DNA from: Macrostomum lignano
Taxonomy: Eukaryota
DNA: 64,000 nucleotides
Direction: 5' to 3'
Assembly (NCBI GenBank): GCA_002269645.1
Contig: NIVC01000862.1
Span: 186,001 to 250,000, forward strand
Part shown: piece after piece, positions 62,047 to 64,000 of the stretch
Layout: every line of letters begins with the position of its first letter
Position numbering within the stretch: position 1 is the stretch's first letter
Made by a program: the position numbers and the translations under genes
Notes under the pieces: generated by a model
Told to the model about the DNA's origin: nothing
What the model saw: only the letters and a program-made list of their open reading frames with translations
The model's database searches: none

Positions 62047-64000
62047 TAGTTAAGCCAACAAAGTTGAGAACTACCATTTGGCAGCACTAGATTTGGTCTT
62101 GCCCATAGACATAGACGGATAAAGGCAACCAAGTTGAAAATTCGGCCATAGACATTAATCTGAAGAAGGAAGCGGAAATCTATAGATTAGAAAGTATGCT
62201 TAAAAACATGTACTCGTACTTCTATGCAGTAAAAATTTGAATCATATGCTTGGTTGTCCATTTTCGTCTATTTCTTTGTTTACGTCTATGGACCGTCCAT
62301 GGCCGGGTCCAAGTGAGAAAAGCTCATTCATGTGGATACTTTAAAGCGTTTTATAGAAAGTTTTCCCAGGCCTCGTGCACTTTCTTTATAAATGGACACG
62401 TTCATTCCTCGATATTTAGCCAAAGCACCGACACAATACCAAATATAAAATGTGCATGACCAAAAACTTGTGCAATTACCCTTTCATAATGAATTACACA
62501 ATACTTGCCTTTTTGCCTTTTGCTTTCACTGCTGCCAAAGTGAAATGTCAACGCGCGACCAGAAACAACTGATAAAGCAAATGTTCTACTGCTTCAGTCG
62601 ATCACTCTTTTTAGCCCTTCCAGGCCAGGAAATGTCAGTCTCCTTTTACTTGAAAAAAACGAAGGCTTTTTGCCAATGTCGCCAAAACCGCCGAATTTCG
62701 TCCCAAAGTTCCCCTGGGAGAGAGTTCGCTGTGGAAAATTGCTTGGTAATCGTTCAAATAAGTCAGCAGTGCTCGTATGCTACGGGGGCGAGGGCGGCCT
62801 CTCCGCGTGTGTTCCAATGAATTTTTCGAGTTTATTTTATTAGAATTCTGAGCAAACAGCGATGTAAATAGGACCGGTGTCTACTGAAATTCATTTTGCT
62901 ACTTACTCATTGTGAGCCTCATAAGCTGCTATTAAGAGCCATTCAATAGGAGTGTTGAAACGAATATATCAAACATTTAGTTTCGACTTGTTCTCGACAA
63001 AAAGCATGGGAGGGTCTATTACTAAATAAAAAATGCTTTCTGAGGCACGCTTCATCTCTGCATTTTTTGCTCGGCAAATTCAATTACTGTGAGTATTTCA
63101 AGCAGCAGTTCCCACCATTGCTCCGCGAGCCAAGCTGCTCTCCCCCAGTTTGGCCGATTTCTCCGACCTGACAGCGGCACTTCCGGCAAGTTCGCTATGG
63201 GCTCAACCAACCAAGCCTGGGATTTTTTTTCTTCCCGGATCTACTTGCTGAAAAAAAGTGCAGCGAGACGGGCGCAAGCCTCCGAATTCGGGGCAAAGAA
63301 AATCCCTCCCCACGAGCGACTGCCAGAGTGAGGAGAGACACCGGGAGCGACTTCTCATTCTCTCTCACGTTCTCTCCCGCAGGGTTTTAGATATTTAATC
63401 CCGAGGGAGGGCGGACTTGGATAGTCGCAGATGGATGATTGATTATTGTCTGCAGAATCTGTTAATCGTTCCACATCCACACGGGGGTCTGGGGCCCACT
63501 ATGGACGCTAGCCAGAGTCTATTAATGTTAGTAACTTATGCTTGATCCGTTGAAGGCTGATAAAACCCCCTGATGCTGTAAATTACGGCGGGCAAATCAA
63601 CTGTGATTGAATAGATTTTATGTCTATAAATTCTGCAAAAAGACGCGGCTGACATGTACGCTACGAAGGTAAATTAGACGTCAAATTAATTCACCAAGTA
63701 TAAAGTCCAGCGATTAGTTTTGGACTTTTTAAATAAATAAATAAGAGAACTACAAAATGATAAACTTCGAAGAAGTTTTAAACGCAGCTACGCATCCGAT
63801 GGTTACTGGAATCGATTGCTAATCTAGGTAGTAAAGCATAATGTAATACTCGTAAAATGGATTGCTAATCTAGCCTTGACGAATAGCCGAATAATGAAGT
63901 CTGCAGACGGAGCCCATAAAAAACAATCAATCAATTCTGTAATCGCATGCGGAAGAGGGTTTTAAAAGAATAATTAATCACTAACTGAACTGAAAGTATA

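Overview
Eukaryotic (invertebrate-type) genomic DNA with GT-AG introns and a high repeat load; the organism cannot be fixed from sequence alone. The main content is a ~48 kb cluster of two-exon genes for small secreted proteins: exon 1 encodes a signal peptide plus a PAN/Apple-like domain, and exon 2 an F-type lectin (FTL, fucolectin/FTP) domain, always joined by a phase-1 intron. I label 11 loci A-K plus a faint relic L. Six have intact reading frames (B, D, H, I, J, K), three are damaged (C, E, F) and two or three are relics (A, G, L). The copies share a cysteine framework but have highly variable binding loops. One recent duplicate pair (D/E) has lost the His/Asp/Arg fucose-binding motif. 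The window also holds an orphan single-exon ORF, a 4-TM membrane gene that needs a 14-nt micro-exon, an intronless aminergic-type class A GPCR, a Crypton-type tyrosine recombinase relic, RTE LINE and Tc1 fragments, CORE-type SINEs, MITEs, LTR-like relics and several mini/microsatellites. Splice models and alignments were made by eye, and small indels or stops could be assembly errors.
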